Of a stretch of 64,000 bases of DNA, positions 22,601 to 37,100 are shown one piece after another. How positions within the stretch are numbered: position 1 is the stretch's first letter; every line of letters begins with the position of its first letter. The notes beneath the pieces were generated by a model. The model did no database searches and had not been told where the DNA came from. It saw only the letters and a program-made list of their open reading frames with translations. Position numbers and translations under genes: made by a program. Source of the stretch: Eledone cirrhosa (taxonomy: Eukaryota); the NCBI GenBank assembly GCA_964016885.1, contig OZ024764.1, forward strand, positions 27,714,001 to 27,778,000, given 5' to 3'.

Positions 22601-25600
22601 AGAGAGAGGATACGAGAGAGAGGAAACGAGAGTAGAGAGCGAGATGAAACAGGAGAGAGAGAGCGAGATGAAACAGGAGAGAGAGAGCGAGATGAAACGA
22701 GAGGGAGAGTGAGATGAAACGAGAGAGCGAGAGAGAGATAGAGGGAGATGAAACGACAGAGAGAGAGACAGATGAAACGAGGGAGATAGAGATGAAACGA
22801 GAGAGAGAGAAGAAACGAGAGAGAGGAAGAGAGAGATGGAACGAGAGAGAGGAAGAGAGAGATGGAACGAGAGAGAGGAAGACAGAGATGAAACGAGAGA
22901 GAGAGAGAGCGAGATGAAACGAGAGAGAGGAAGAGAGAGAACGCGAGATGAAACGAGAGAGAGAGCAAGATGAAACGAGAGAGAGGAAGAGAGAGAGCGC
23001 AAGATGAAACGAGAGAGAGAGAGCGCGAGATGAAAGTCTGTCATGTAATGTTATGGACATATCTGCCCTTGGGGCTAATAATTGTCATGTAATGTTATGG
23101 AAATCTCTGCCCCTGTGGCTAATAATTCTGTCATGTAATGTTATGGACATCTCTGCCCCTGTGGCTAATAATTCTGTCATGTAATGTTATGGACATCTCT
23201 GCCCCTGTGGCTAATAAATCTGTCATGTAATGTTATGGACATCTCTGCCCCTGTGGCTAATAATTCTGACATGTAATGTTATGGACATCTCTGCCCCTGT
23301 GGCTAATAAATATGACATGTAATGTTATGGACATCTCTGCCCCTGTGGCTAATAAATCTGTCATGTAATGTTATGGACATCTCTGCCCCTGTGGCTAATA
23401 ATTCTGACATGTAATGTTATGGACATCTCTGCCCCTGTGGCTAATAAATCTGTCATGTAATGTTATGGACATCTCTGCCCCTGTGGCTAATAATTCTGAC
23501 ATGTAATGTTATGGACATCTCTGCCCCTGTGGCTAATAATTCTGTCATGTAATGTTATGGACATCTCTGCCCCTGTGGCTAATAAATTCGTCATGTAATG
23601 TTATGGACATCTCTGCCCCTGTGGCTAATAAATCTGTCATGTAATGTTATGGACATCTCTGCCCCTGTGGCTAATAATTCTGACATGTAATGTTATGGAT
23701 ATCTCTGCCCCTGTGGCTAATAATTCTGAGAGAGATGAAACAAGTGAGGGATAAGAGAGAGATGAAACAAATGAGGGATTAGAGTGTTGAAACAAGAGAG
23801 AGAGAGGAAGAGAGAGTGAGAGCGAGATCAAACGAGAGAGAGAGAGCGAGATGAAATGAGAGAGTGAGAGCGAGATGAAACGAGAGAGAGAGAGAGCGAG
23901 ATGAAATGAGAGAGCGAGAACGAGATGAAATGAGAGAGAGAGAGCGAGATGAAACGAGACAGAGAGAGCGAGATGAAACGAGAGAGAGAGAGAGAGCGAA
24001 ATGAAACGAGACAGATTAGAGCGAGATGAAACGAGAGAGAGAGAGCGAGATGAAATGAGAGAGAGAGAGCGAGATGAAACGAGAGAGTGAGAGCTAGAGG
24101 AAACGAGAGAGAGAGGAAACGAGAGAGAGGATACGAGAGAGAGGAAACGAGAGTAGAGAGCGAGATGAAACAGGAGAGAGAGAGCGAGATGAAACAGGAG
24201 AGAGAGAGCGAGATGAAACGAGAGGGAGAGAGAGATGAAACGAGAGAGCGAGAGAGAGATAGAGGGAGATGAAACGACAGAGAGAGAGACAGATGAAACG
24301 AGGGAGATAGAGATGAAACGAGAGAGAGAGATGAAACGAGAGAGAGGAAGAGAGAGATGGAACGAGAGAGAGGAAGAGAGAGATGGAACGAGAGAGAGGA
24401 AGACAGAGATGAAACGAGAGAGAGAGCGAGATGAAACGAGAGAGAGGAAGAGAGAACGCGAGATGAAACGAGAGAGAGAGAGAGCAAGATGAAACGAGAG
24501 AGAGGAAGAGAGAGAGCGCAAGATGAAACGAGAGAGAGAGCGCGAGATGAAAGTCTGTCATGTAATGTTATGGACATATCTGCCCTTGGGGCTAATAATT
24601 GTCATGTAATGTTATGGAAATCTCTGCCTCTGTGGCTAATAATTCTTTCATGTAATGTTATGGACATCTCTGCCCCTGTGGCTAATAATTCTGTCATGTA
24701 ATGTTATGGACATCTCTGCCCCTGTGGCTAATAAATCTGTCATGTAATGTTATGGACATCTCTGCCCCTGTGGCTAATAATTCTGACATGTAATGTTATG
24801 GACATCTCTGCCCCTGTGGCTAATAATTCTGAGAGAGATGAAACAAGTGAGGGATTAGAGAGAGATGAAACAAGTGAGGGATTAGAGTGTTGAAACAAGA
24901 GAGAGAGAGAGGAAGAGAGAGTGAGAGCGAAATCAAACGAGAGAGAGCGAGATGAAATGAGAGAGTGAGAGCGAGATGAAACTAGAGAGAGAGAGAGAGC
25001 GAGATGAAATGAGAGAGAGAGAGCGAGATGAAATGAGAGAGAGAGAGCGAGATGAAACGAGACAGAGAGAGCGGGATGAAACGAGACAGAGAGAGCGAGA
25101 GCGAGATGAAACGAGACAGAGAGAGCGAGATGAAACGAGAGAGAGAGAGCGAGATGAAATGAGAGAGAGAGAGCGAGATGAAATGAGAGTGGGAGAGCTA
25201 GATGAAACGAGAGAGAGAGGAAACGAGAGAGACGAAACGAGAGAGAGGAAACGATAGTAGAGAGCGAGATGAAACAGGAGAGAGAGAGCGAGATGAAACG
25301 AGAGGGAGAGAGAGATGAAACGAGAGAGCGAGAGAGAGATAGAGGGAGATGAAACGACAGAGAGAGAGACAGATGAAACGAGGGAGATAGAGATGAAACG
25401 AGAGAGAGAGATGAAACGAGAGAGAGGAAGAGAGAGATGGAACGAGAGAGAGGAAGGGAGAGATGGAACGAGAGAGAGGAAGACAGAGATGAAACGAGAG
25501 AGAGAGAGAGCAAGATGAAACGAGAGAGAGAGATGAAACGAGAGAGAGGAAGGGAGAGATGGAACGAGAGAGAGGAAGAGAGAGATGGAACGAGCGAGAG

Positions 25601-28136
25601 GAAGACAGAGATGAAACGAGACAGAGAGAGATCGAGATGAAACGAGAGAGAGGAAGAGAGAGAGCGCAAGATGAAACGAGAGAGAGAGAGAGAGCGAGAT
25701 GAAACGAGAGAGAGGAAGAGAGAGAGCGCGAGATGAAACGAGAGAGAGGAAGAGAGAGAGCGCGAGATGAAATGAGAGAGAGAGAGCGAGATGAAATGAG
25801 AGATTGAGAGTGAGATGAAACGAGAGAGTGAGAGAGAGCGAGATGAAATGACAGAGAGAGAGCGAGATGAAATGAGAGAGACAGAGCGAGATGAAACGAG
25901 ACAGAGAGAGCGGGATGAAACGAGACAGAGAGATCGAGATGAAATGAGAGAGAGAGAGCGAGATGAAATGAGAGAGAGAGAGCGAGATGAAACGAGAGAG
26001 TGAGAGCGAGATGGAACGAGTCAGAGAGAGCGAGATGAAACGAGAGAGTGAGAGCTAGATGAAACGAGAGAGAGAGGAAACGAGAGAGAGAGGAAACGAG
26101 AGAGAGGAAACGAGAGAGAGGAAACGAGAGTAGAGAGCAAGATGAAACAGGAGAGAGAGAGAGCGAGATGAAACCGGAGAGAGAGAGCGAGATGAAACGA
26201 GAGGGAGGGAGAGATGAAACGAGAGAGCGAGAGAGAGATAGAGGGAGATGAAACGAGAGAGTGATAGCTAGATGAAACGAGAGAGAGAGGAATAGAGAGA
26301 TGGAACGAGAGAGAGGAAGACAGATATGAAACGAGAGAGAGAGAGAGCGAGATGAAACGAGAGAGAGGAAGAGAGCGCGAGATGAAACGAGAGAGAGAGA
26401 GCGAGATGAAACGAGAGAGAGAGCGAGATGAAACGAGAGAGAGGAAGAGAGAGAGCGCGAGATGAAAGTCTGTCATGTAATGTTATGGACATATCTGCCC
26501 TTGGGGCTAATAATTGTCATGTAATGTTATGGACATATCTACCCTTGGGGCTAATAATTTTCATGTAATGTTATGTACATCTCTGCCCCTGTGGCAAATA
26601 ATTCTGTCATGTAATGTTATGGACACCTCTGTCCCTGTGGCTAATAATTATGTCATGTAATGTTATGGACATCTCTGCCCCTGTGGCTAATAATTCTGTC
26701 ATGTAATGTTATGGACATCTCTGCCCCTGTGGCTAATAAATTCGTCATGTAATGTTATGGACATCTCTGCCCCTGTGGCTAATAAATCTGTCATGTAATG
26801 TTTTGGACATCTCTTCCCCTGTGGCTAATAATTCTGACATGTAATGTTATGGATATCTCTGCCCCTGTGGCTAATAATTCTGAGAGAGATGAAACAAGTG
26901 AGGGATAAGAGAGAGATGAAACAAGTGAGGGATTAGAGTGTTGAAACAAGAGAGAGAGAGGAAGAGAGAGTGAGAGCGAGATCAAACGAGAGAGAGAGAG
27001 CGAGATGAAATGAGAGAGTGAGAGCGAGATGAAACGAGAGAGAGAGAGCGAGATGAAATGAGAGAGAGAGAGCGAGATGAAATGAGAGAGAGAGAGCGAG
27101 ATGAAACGAGACAGAGAGAGCGAGGTGAAACGAGAGAGAGAGAGAGCGAAATGAAACGAGACAGATTAGAGCGAGATGAAACGAGAGAGAGAGAGAGCAA
27201 GATGAAATGAGAGAGAGAGAGAGCGAGATGAAACCAGAGAGTGAGAGCTAGAGGAAACGATAGAGAGAGGAAACGAGAGAGAGAGGAAACGAGAGAGAGG
27301 ATACGAGAGAGAGGAAACGAGAGTAGAGAGCGAGATGAAACAGGAGAGAGAGAGCGAGATGAAACAGGAGAGAGAGAGCGAGATGAAACGAGAGGGAGAG
27401 TGAGATGAAACGAGAGAGCGAGAGAGAGATAGAGGGAGATGAAACGACAGAGAGAGAGACAGATGAAACGAGGGAGATAGAGATGAAACGAGAGAGAGAG
27501 ATGAAACGAGAGAGAGGAAGAGAGAGATGGAACGAGAGAGAGGAAGAGAGAGATGGAACGAGAGAGAGGAAGACAGAGATGAAACGAGAGAGAGAGCGAG
27601 ATGAAACGAGAGAGAGGAAGAGAGAGAACGCGAGATGAAACGAGAGAGAGAGCAAGATGAAACGAGAGAGAGGAAGAGAGCGCAAGATGAAACGAGAGAG
27701 AGAGAGCGCGAGATGGAAGTCTGTCATGTAATGTTATGGACATATCTGCCCTTGGGGCTAATAATTGTCATGTAATGTTATGGAAATCTCTGCCCCTGTG
27801 GCTAATAATTCTGTCATGTAATGTTATGGACATCTCTGCCCCTGTGGCTAATAATTCTGTCATGTAATGTTATGGACATCTCTGCCCGTGTGGCTAATAA
27901 ATCTGTCATGTAATGTTATGGACATCTCTGCCCCTGTGGCTAATAATTCTGACATGTAATGTTATGGACATCTCTGCCCCTGTGGCTAATAAATATGACA
28001 TGTAATGTTATGGACATCTCTGCCCCTGTGGCTAATAAATCTGTCATGTAATGTTATGGACATCTCTGCCCCTGTGGCTAATAATTCTGACATGTAATGT
28101 TATGGACATCTCTGCCCCTGTGGCTAATAATTCTGA
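16346..28136 (+). repeat. Composite higher-order satellite, forward arm: GA-rich blocks alternating with 46-bp arrays
   Basis: 46-bp arrays at 17477-18064, 19711-20124, 21785-22198, 23038-23729, 24555-24832, 26470-26883 and 27721-28136. Intervening GA blocks are ~1.65 kb or ~0.83 kb. Confidence 0.95.
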
Positions 28137-31100
28137 TTTATTAGCCACAGGGGCAGAGATGTCCATAACATTACATGACAGAATTATTAGCCACAGGGGC
28201 AGAGATTTCCATAACATTACATGTCAGAATTATTAGCCACAGGGGCAGAGATGTCCATAACATTACATGTCAGAATTATTAGCCACAGGGGCAGAGATGT
28301 CCATAACATTACATGACAGAATTATTAGCCACAGGGGCAGAGATGACCATAACATTACATGACAATTATTAGCCACAGGGGCAGATATGTCAATAACATT
28401 ACATGACAGAGTTTCATCTTGCGCTCTCTCTCTCTCGTTTCATCTCGCTCTCCCTCTCTCTCGTTTCATCTCTGTCTTCCTCTCTCTCGTTTCATCTCGA
28501 TCTCTCTCTCTCTCGTTTCATCTCTGTCTTCCTCTCTCTCGTTCCATCTCTCTCTTCCTCTCTCTCGTTCCATCTCTCTCTTCCTCTCTTTCGTTTCATC
28601 TCTATCTCCCTTCTTTCATCTGTCTCTCTCTCTGTCGTTTCATCTCGCGCTCTCTCTCTCTCGTTTCATCTTGCGCTCTCTCTCTCTCGTTTCGTCTTGC
28701 TCTCTCTCTCTCTCGTTTCATCTCTGTCTTCCTCTCTCTCGTTCCATCTCTCTATTCCTCTCTCTCGTTCCATCTCTCTCATCCTCTCTCTCGTTTCATC
28801 TCTATCTCCCTCCTTTCATCTGTCTCTCTCTCTGTCGTTTCATCTCGCGCTCTCTCTCTCTCGTTTCATCTTGCGCTCTCTCTCTCTCGTTTCATCTCGT
28901 TCTCTCTCTCGTTTCATCTCTGTCTTCCTCTCTCTCGTTCCATCTCTCTCTTCCTCTCTCTCGTTCCATCTCTCTCTTCCTCTCTCTCGTTTCATCTCTA
29001 TCTCCCTTCTTTCATCTGTCTCGCTCTCTGTCGTTTCATCTCGCGCTCTCTCTCTCTCGTTTCATGTCGCGCTCTCTCTCTCTCGTTTCATCTCGCTCTC
29101 TCTCTCTCGTTTCATCTCTGTCTTCCGCTCTCTCGTACCATCTCTCTCTTCCTCTCTCTCTTCCTCTCTCTCGTTTCATCTCTATCTCCCTTGTTTCATC
29201 TCTCTCTCGCTCTCTCGTTTCATCTCTCTCTCCCTCTCGTTTCATCTCGCTCTCTCTCTCCTGTTTCATCTCGCTCTCTCTCTCTCGTTTCATCTCTGTC
29301 TTCCTCTCTCTCGTTCCATCTCTGTCTTCCTCTCTCTCGTTCCATCTCTCGCTTCCTCTCTCTCGTTTCATCTCGCTCTCCCTCGTTTCATCTCTCTCTC
29401 GCTCTCTCGTTTCATCTCTCTCTCCCTCTCATTTCATCTCGCTCTCTCTCTCCTGTTTCATCTGGCTCTCTCTCTCTCCTGTTTCATCTCGCTCTCTACT
29501 CTCGTTTCCTCTCTCTCTCTCGTTTCATCTCTCTCTCCCTCCCGTTTCATCTCGCTCTCTCTCTCTCATTTCATCTCGCTCTCTCTCTCTCGTTTCATCT
29601 CGCTCTCCCTCTCTCGTTTCATCCCGCTCTCACTCTCTCATTTCTTCTCGCTCTCTCTCTCTTGTTTCAACACTCTAATCCCTCACTTGTTTACTATCTC
29701 TCAGAATTATTAGCCACAGGGGCAGAGATGACCATAACATTACATGTCAGAATTATTAGCCACAAGGGCAGAGATGTCCATAACATTACATGACAGAATT
29801 ATTAGCCACAGGGGCAGAGATGACCATAACATTACATGACAGAGTTTCATCTCGCGCTCTCTCTCTCTCGTTTCATCTTGCGCTCTCTCTCTCTCTCGTT
29901 TCATCTTGCTCTCTCTCTCGTTTCATCTCTGTCTTCCTCTCTCTCGTTCCATCTCTCTCTTCCTCTCTCTCGTTCCATCTCTCTCATCCTCTCTCTCGTT
30001 TCATCTCTATCTCCCTCCTTTCATCTGTCTCTCTCTCTGTCGTTTCATCTCGCGCTCTCTCTCTCTCGTTTCATCTCGCGCTCTCTCTGTCTCGTTTCAT
30101 CTCGCTCTCTCTCTCTCTCGTTTCATCTCTGTCTTCCTCTCTCTCGTTCCATCTCTCTCTTCCTCTCTCTCGTTCCATCTCTCTCTTCTTCTCTCTCGTT
30201 TCATCTCTATCTCCCTCGTTTCATCTCTCTCTCGCTCTCTCGTTTCATCTCTCTCTCCCGCTCGTTTCTTTTCGCTCTCTCTCTCCTGTTTCATCTCGCT
30301 CTCTACTCTCGTTTCCTCTCTCTCATTTCCTCTCTCTCTCGTTTCCTCTCTGTCTCGTTTCATCTCGCTCTCTCTCTTTCTCGTTTGATCTCGCTCTCAC
30401 TCTCTCGTTTCATCTCGCTTCTCTCACTCTCTTGTTTCATCTCGCTCTCTCTCTCTCTTCCTCTCTCTCTCTTGTTTCAACACTCTAATCCCTCACTTGT
30501 TTTATCTCTCTCTAATCCCTCACTTGGTTCATCTCTCTCAGAATTATTAGCCACAGGGGCAGAGATGTCCATAACATTACATGTCAGAATTATTAGCCAC
30601 AGGGCAGAGATGTCCATAACATTACATGTCAGAATTATTAGCCACTGGGGCAGAGATGTCCATAACATTACATGTCAGAATTATTAGCCACAGGGGTAGA
30701 GATGTCCATAACATTACATGAAAGAATTATTAGCCACAGGGGCAGAGATGTCCATAACATTACATGACAGAATTATTAGCCACAGGGGCAGTGATGTCCA
30801 TAACATTACATGACAATTATTAGCCCCAAGGGCAGATATGTCCATAACATTACATGACAGAGTTTCATCTCGCTCTCTCTCTCTCTCGTTTCATCTCGCT
30901 CTCTCGTTTCATCTCGCTCTCTCGTTTCATCTCGCTCTCTCGTTTCATCTCGCTCTCTCTCGTTTCATCTCTGTCTTCCTCTCTCTCGTTCCATCTCTCT
31001 CTTCCTCTCTCTCGTTCCATCTCTCTCTTCCTCTCTCTCGTTTCATTTCTATCTCCCTCCTTTCATCTGTCTCTCTCTCTGTCGTTTCATCTCGCGCTCT

Positions 31101-34100
31101 CTCTCTCTCGATTCATCTCGCGCTCTCTCTCTCTCGTTTCATCTCGCCCTCTCTCTCTCTCGTTTCATCTCTGTCTTCCTCTCTCGCGTTCCATCTCTCT
31201 CTTCCTCCCTCTCTTCCTCTCTCTCGTTTCATCTCTATCTCCCTCGTTTCATCTCTCTCTCCCTCTCGTTTCATCTCGCTCTCTCTCTCCTGTTTCATCT
31301 CGCTCTCTACTCTCGTTTCCTCTCTCTCGTTTCCTCTCTGTCTCGTTCCATCCCGCTCTCTCTCTCTCTCATTACATCTCGCTCTCTCTGTCTCGTTTCA
31401 TCTCGCTCTCTCTCTCTCTCGTTTCATCTCGCTCTCACTCTCTCGTTTCATCTCGCGTTTCATCTCACTCTCCCTGTCTCATTTCACCTCGCTCTCTCTC
31501 TCTCTCTTCCTCTCTCTCTCTTGTTTCAACACTCTAATCCCTCACTTGTTTTATCTCTCTCTAATCCCTCACTTGTTTCATCTCTCTCAGAATTATTAGC
31601 CACAGGGGCAGAGATGTCCATAACATTACATGTCAGAATTATTAGCCACAGGGCAGAGATGTCCATAACATTACATGTCAGAGTTATTAGCCACAGGGGC
31701 AGAGATGTCCATAACATTACATGTCAGAATTATTAGCCACGGGGGCGGAGACGTCCATAACATTACATGACAGAATTATTAGCCACAGGGGCAGAGATGA
31801 CCATAACATTACATGACAATTATTAGCCACAGGGGCAGATATATCAATAACATTACATGATAGAGTTTCATCTCGCGCTCTCTCTCTCTCGTTTCATCTT
31901 GCTCTCTCTCTCTCTCGTTTCATCTCTGTCTTCCTCTCTCTCGTTCCATCTCTCTCTTCCTCTCTCTCGTTCCATCTCTCTCATCCTCTCTCTCGTTTCA
32001 TCTCTGTCTCCCTCCTTTCATCTGTCTCTCTCTGTCGTTTCATCTCGTGCTCTCTCTCTCTCGTTTCATCTCGCGCTCTCTCTGTCTCGTTTCATCTCGC
32101 TCTCTCTCTCTCTCGTTTCATCTCTGTCTTCCTCTCTCACGTTCCATCTCTCTCTTCCTCTCTCTCGTTCCATCTCTCTCTTCCTCTCTCTCGTTTCATC
32201 TCTATCTCCCTCGTTTCATCTCTCTCTCGCTCTCTTGTTTCATCTCTCTCTCCCTCTCGTTTCATCTCGCTCTCTACTCTCGTTTCCTCTCTCTCGTTTC
32301 CTCTCTGTCTCGTTTCATCTCGCTCTCTCTCTCTCTCGTTTCATCTCGCTCTCACTCTCTCGTTTCATCTCGCTTCTCTCACTATTGCGTTTCATCTCGC
32401 TCTCCCTGTCTCATTTCATCTCGCTCTCTCTCTCTCTCTTCCTCTCTCTCTCTTGTTTCAACACTCTAACCCCTCACTTGTTTTATCTCTCTCTAATCCC
32501 TCCCTTGTTTCATCTCTCTCAGAATTATTAGCCACTGGGGCAGAGATGTCCATAACATTACATGTCAGAGTTATTAGCCACAGGGGCAGAGATGTCCATA
32601 ACATTACATGACAGAGTTTCATCTCGCGCTCTCTCTCTCTCGTTTCATCTCGCGCTCTCTCTCTTCCTCTCTCTCGTTTCATCTCGCTCTCTCTCTCTCT
32701 CGTTTCACCTCTGTCTTTCATCTCTCTCTTCCTCTCTGTCGTTCCATCTCTCTCTTCCTCTCTCTCGTTTCATCTCTATCTCCCTCCTTTCATCTGTCTC
32801 TCTCTCTGTCGTTTCATCTCGCGCTCTCTCTCTCTCGTTTCATCTCGCGCTCTCTCTCTCTCGTTTCATCTCGCTCTCTCTCTCTCTCGTTACATCTCTG
32901 TCTTCCTCTCTCTCGTTCCATCTCTCTCTTCCTCTCTCTCTTCCTCTCTCTCGTTTCATCTCTATCTCCCTCGTTTCATCTCTCTCTCCCTCTCGTTTCA
33001 TCTCGCTCTCTCTCTCCTGTTTCATCTCGCTCTCTACTCTCGTTTCCTCTCTCTCGTTTCCTCTCTGTCTCGTTCCATCCCGCTCTCTCTCTCTCTCATT
33101 ACATCTCGCTCTCTCTGTCTCGTTTCATCTCGCTCTCTCTCTCTCTCGTTTCATCTCGCTCTCACTCTCTCGTTTCATCTCGCGTTTCATCTCACTCTCC
33201 CTGTCTCATTTCATCTCGCTCTCTCTCTCTCTTCCTCTCTCTCTCTTGTTTCAACACTCTAATCCCTCACTTGTTTTATCTCTCTCTAATCCCTCACTTG
33301 TTTCATCTCTCTCAGAATTATTAGCCACAGGGGCAGAGATGTCCATAACATTACATGTCAGAATTATTAGCCACAGGGCAGAGATGTCCATAACATTACA
33401 TGTCAGAATTATTAGCCACAGGGGCAGAGATGTCCATAACATTACATGTCAGAATTATTAGCCACAGGGGCGGAGACGTCCATAACATTACATGACAGAA
33501 TTATTAGCCACAGGGGCAGAGATGACCATAACATTACATGACAATTATTAGCCACAGGGGCAGATATATCAATAACATTACATGATAGAGTTTCATCTCG
33601 CGCTCTCTCTCTCTCGTTTCATCTTGCGCTCTCTCTCTCTCGTTTCATCTTGCTCTCTCTCTCTCTCGTTTCATCTCTGTATTCCTCTCTCTCGTTCCAT
33701 CTCTCTATTCCTCTCTCTCGTTCCATCTCTCTCATCCTCTCTCTCGTTTTATCTGTAACTCCCTCCTTCAATCTGTCTCTCTCTCTGTCGTTTCATCTCG
33801 TGCTCTCTCTGTCTCGTTTCATCTCGCGCTCTCTCTGTCTCGTTTCATCTCGCTCTCTCTCTCTCTCTCGTTTCATCTCTGTCTTCCTCTCTCTCGTTCC
33901 ATCTCTCTCTTCCTCTTTCTCGTTCCATCTCTCTCTTCCTCTCTCTCGTTTCATCTCTATCTCCCTCGTTTCATCTCTCTCTCGCTCTCTCGTTTCATCT
34001 CTCTCTCCCTCTCGTTTCATCTCGCTCTCTACTCTCGTTTCCTCTCTCTCGTTTCCTCTCTGTCTCGTTCCATCCCGCTCTCTCTCTCTCTCATTACATC

Positions 34101-37100
34101 TCGCTCTCTCTGTCTCGTTTCATCTCGCTCTCTCTCGCTCTCGTTTCATCTCGCTCTCACTCTCTCGTTTCATCTCGCTTCTCTCACTATTGCGTTTCAT
34201 CTCGCTCTCCCTGTCTCATTTCATCTCGCTCTCTCTCTCTCTTCCTCTCTCTTGTTTCAACACCCTAATCCCTCACTTGTTTTATCTCTCTCTAATCCCT
34301 CACTTGTTTCATCTCTCTCAGAATTATTAGCCACAGGGGCAGAGATGTCCATAACATTACATGTCAGAGTTATTAGCCACAGGGGCAGAGATGTCCATAA
34401 CGTTACATGACAATTATTAGCCCCAAGGGCAGATATGTCCATAACATTACATGACAGAGTTTCATCTCGCGCTCTCTCTCTCTCGTTTCATCTCGCGCTC
34501 TCTCTCTTCCCCTCTCTCGTTTCATCTCGCTCTCTCTCTCTCTCGTTTCACCTCTGTCTTCCATCTCTCTCTTCCTCTCTCTCGTTCCATTTCACTCTTC
34601 CTCTCTCTCATTTCATCTCTCTCTCTCGTTTCATCTCTATCTCTCTCTCTCGTTTCATCTGTCTCTCTCTCTGTCGTTTCATCTCCCTCTATCTCTCTCT
34701 CCCTCTCGTTTCATCTAGCTCTCTCTCTCCTGTTTCATCTCGCTCTCTCTCTCTCCTGTTTCATCTCGCTCTCTACTCTCGTTTCATCTCGCTCTCTCTC
34801 TCTCGTTTCATCTCGCTCTCACTCTCTCGTTTCATCTCGCTCTCTCTCTGTCTCGTTTCATCTCGCTCTCTCTCTCTCATTTCATCTCGCTCTCTCTCTC
34901 TCATTTCATCTCGCTCTCTCTCTCTCTCGTTTCATCTCGCTCTCACTCTCTCGTTTCATCTCGCTCTCACTCTCTCGTTTCATCTCGCTCTCCCTGTCTC
35001 GTTTCATCTCGCTCACACTCTCTCATTTCATCTCGCTCTCTCTCTCTTCTTTCAACACTCTAATCCCTCACTTGTTTCATCTCTCTCAGAATTATTAGCC
35101 ACAGGGGGAGAGATGACCATAACATTACATGTCAGAATTATTAGCCACAGGGGCAGAGATGTCCATAACATTACATGTCAGAATCATTAGCCACAGGGGC
35201 AGAGATGTCCATAACATTACATGACAGAATTATTAGCCACAGGGGCAGAGATGACCATAACATTACATGACAATTATTAGCCACAGGGGCAGATATGTCA
35301 ATAACATTACATGACAGAGTTTCATCTCGCGCTCTCTCTCTCTCTCGTTTCATCTTGCGCGCTCTCTCTCTCTCGTTTCCTCTCGCTCTCTCTCTCTCTC
35401 GTTTCATCTCTGTCTTCCTCTCTCTCGTTCCATCTCTCTCTTCCTCTCTCTCGTTCCATCTCTCTCTTCCTCTCTCTCGTTTCATCTGTCTCTCTCTCTG
35501 TCGTTTCATCTCGCGCTCTCTCTCTCTCGTTTCATCTCGCGCTCTCTCTCTCTCATTTCATCTCGCTCTCTCTCTCTCTCGTTTCATCTCTGTCTTCCTC
35601 TCTCTCTTCCTCTCTCTCGTTCCATCTCTCTCTTCCTCTCTCTTGTTTCATCTCTCTCTCGCTCTCTCGTTTCATCTCTCTCTCCCTCTCGTCTCATCTC
35701 GCTCTCTCTCTTCTGTTTCATCTCGCTCTCTACTCTCGTCTCCTCTCTGTCGTTTCCTCTCTGTCTCGTTTCATCTCGCTCTCCCTGTCTCATTTCATCT
35801 CGCTCTCTCTCTCTCTCTTCCTCTCTGTCTCTGGTTTCAACACTCTAATCCCTCACTTGTTTTATCTCTCTCTAATCCCTCACTTGTTTCATCTCTCTCA
35901 GAATTATTAGCCACAGGGGCAGAGATGTCCATAACATTACATGTCAGAGTTATTAGCCACAGGGGCAGAGATGTCCATAACGTTACATGACAATTATTAG
36001 CCCCAAGGGCAGATATGTCCATAACATTACATGACAGAGTTTCATCTCGCGCTCTCTCTCTCTCGTTTCATCTCGCGCTCTCTCTCTTCCTCTCTCTCGT
36101 TTCATCTCGCTCTCTCTCTCTCTCGTTTCACCTCTGTCCTCCATCTCTCTCTTCCTCTCTCTCGTTCCATCTCACTCTTCCTCTCTCTCATTTCATCTCT
36201 CTCTCTCGTTTCATCTCTATCTCTCTCTCTCGTTTCATCTGTCTCTCTCTCTGTCGTTTCATCTCCCTCTATCTCTCTCTCCCTCTCGTTTCATCTCGCT
36301 CTCTCTCTCCTGTTTCATCTCGCTCTCTCTCTCTCCTGTTTCATCTCGCTCTCTACTCTCGTTTCCTCTCTCTCTCCCTCCTGTTTCATCTCGCTCTCTC
36401 TCTCTCGTTTCATCTCGCTCTCACTCTCTCGTTTCATCTCGCTCTCTCTCTGTCTCGTTTCATCTCGCTCTCTCTCTCTCATTTCATCTCGCTCTCTCTC
36501 TCTCATTTCATCTCGCTCTCTCTCTCTCGTTTCATCTCGCTCTCACTCTCTCGTTTCATCTCGCTCTCACTCTCTCGTTTCATCTCGCTCTCCCTGTCTC
36601 GTTTCATCTCGCTCACACTCTCTCATTTCATCTCGCTCTCTCTCTCTTCTTTCAACACTCTAATCCCTCACTTGTTTCATCTCTCTCAGAATTATTAGCC
36701 ACAGGGGCAGAGATGACCATAACATTACATGTCAGAATTATTAGCCACAGGGGCAGAGATGTCCATAACATTACATGTCAGAATCATTAGCCACAGGGCA
36801 GAGATGTCCATAACATTACATGACAGAATTATTAGCCACAGGGGCAGAGATGACCATAACATTACATGTCAGAATTATTAGCCACAGGGCAGAGATGTCC
36901 ATAACATTACATGTCAGAATTATTAGCCACAGGGCAGAGATGTCCATAACATTACATGACAGAATTATTAGCCACAGGGGCAGAGATGACCATAACATTA
37001 CATGACAATTATTAGCCACAGGGGCAGATATGTCAATAACATTACATGACAGAGTTTCATCTCGCGCTCTCTCTCTCTCTCGTTTCATCTTGCGCTCTCT

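Noticed and set aside
28131-28137. Inversion as a simple read fold-back artefact
   Set aside because: The arms differ in diagnostic variants and monomer lengths, which a folded read would not produce. A contig mis-join remains possible.
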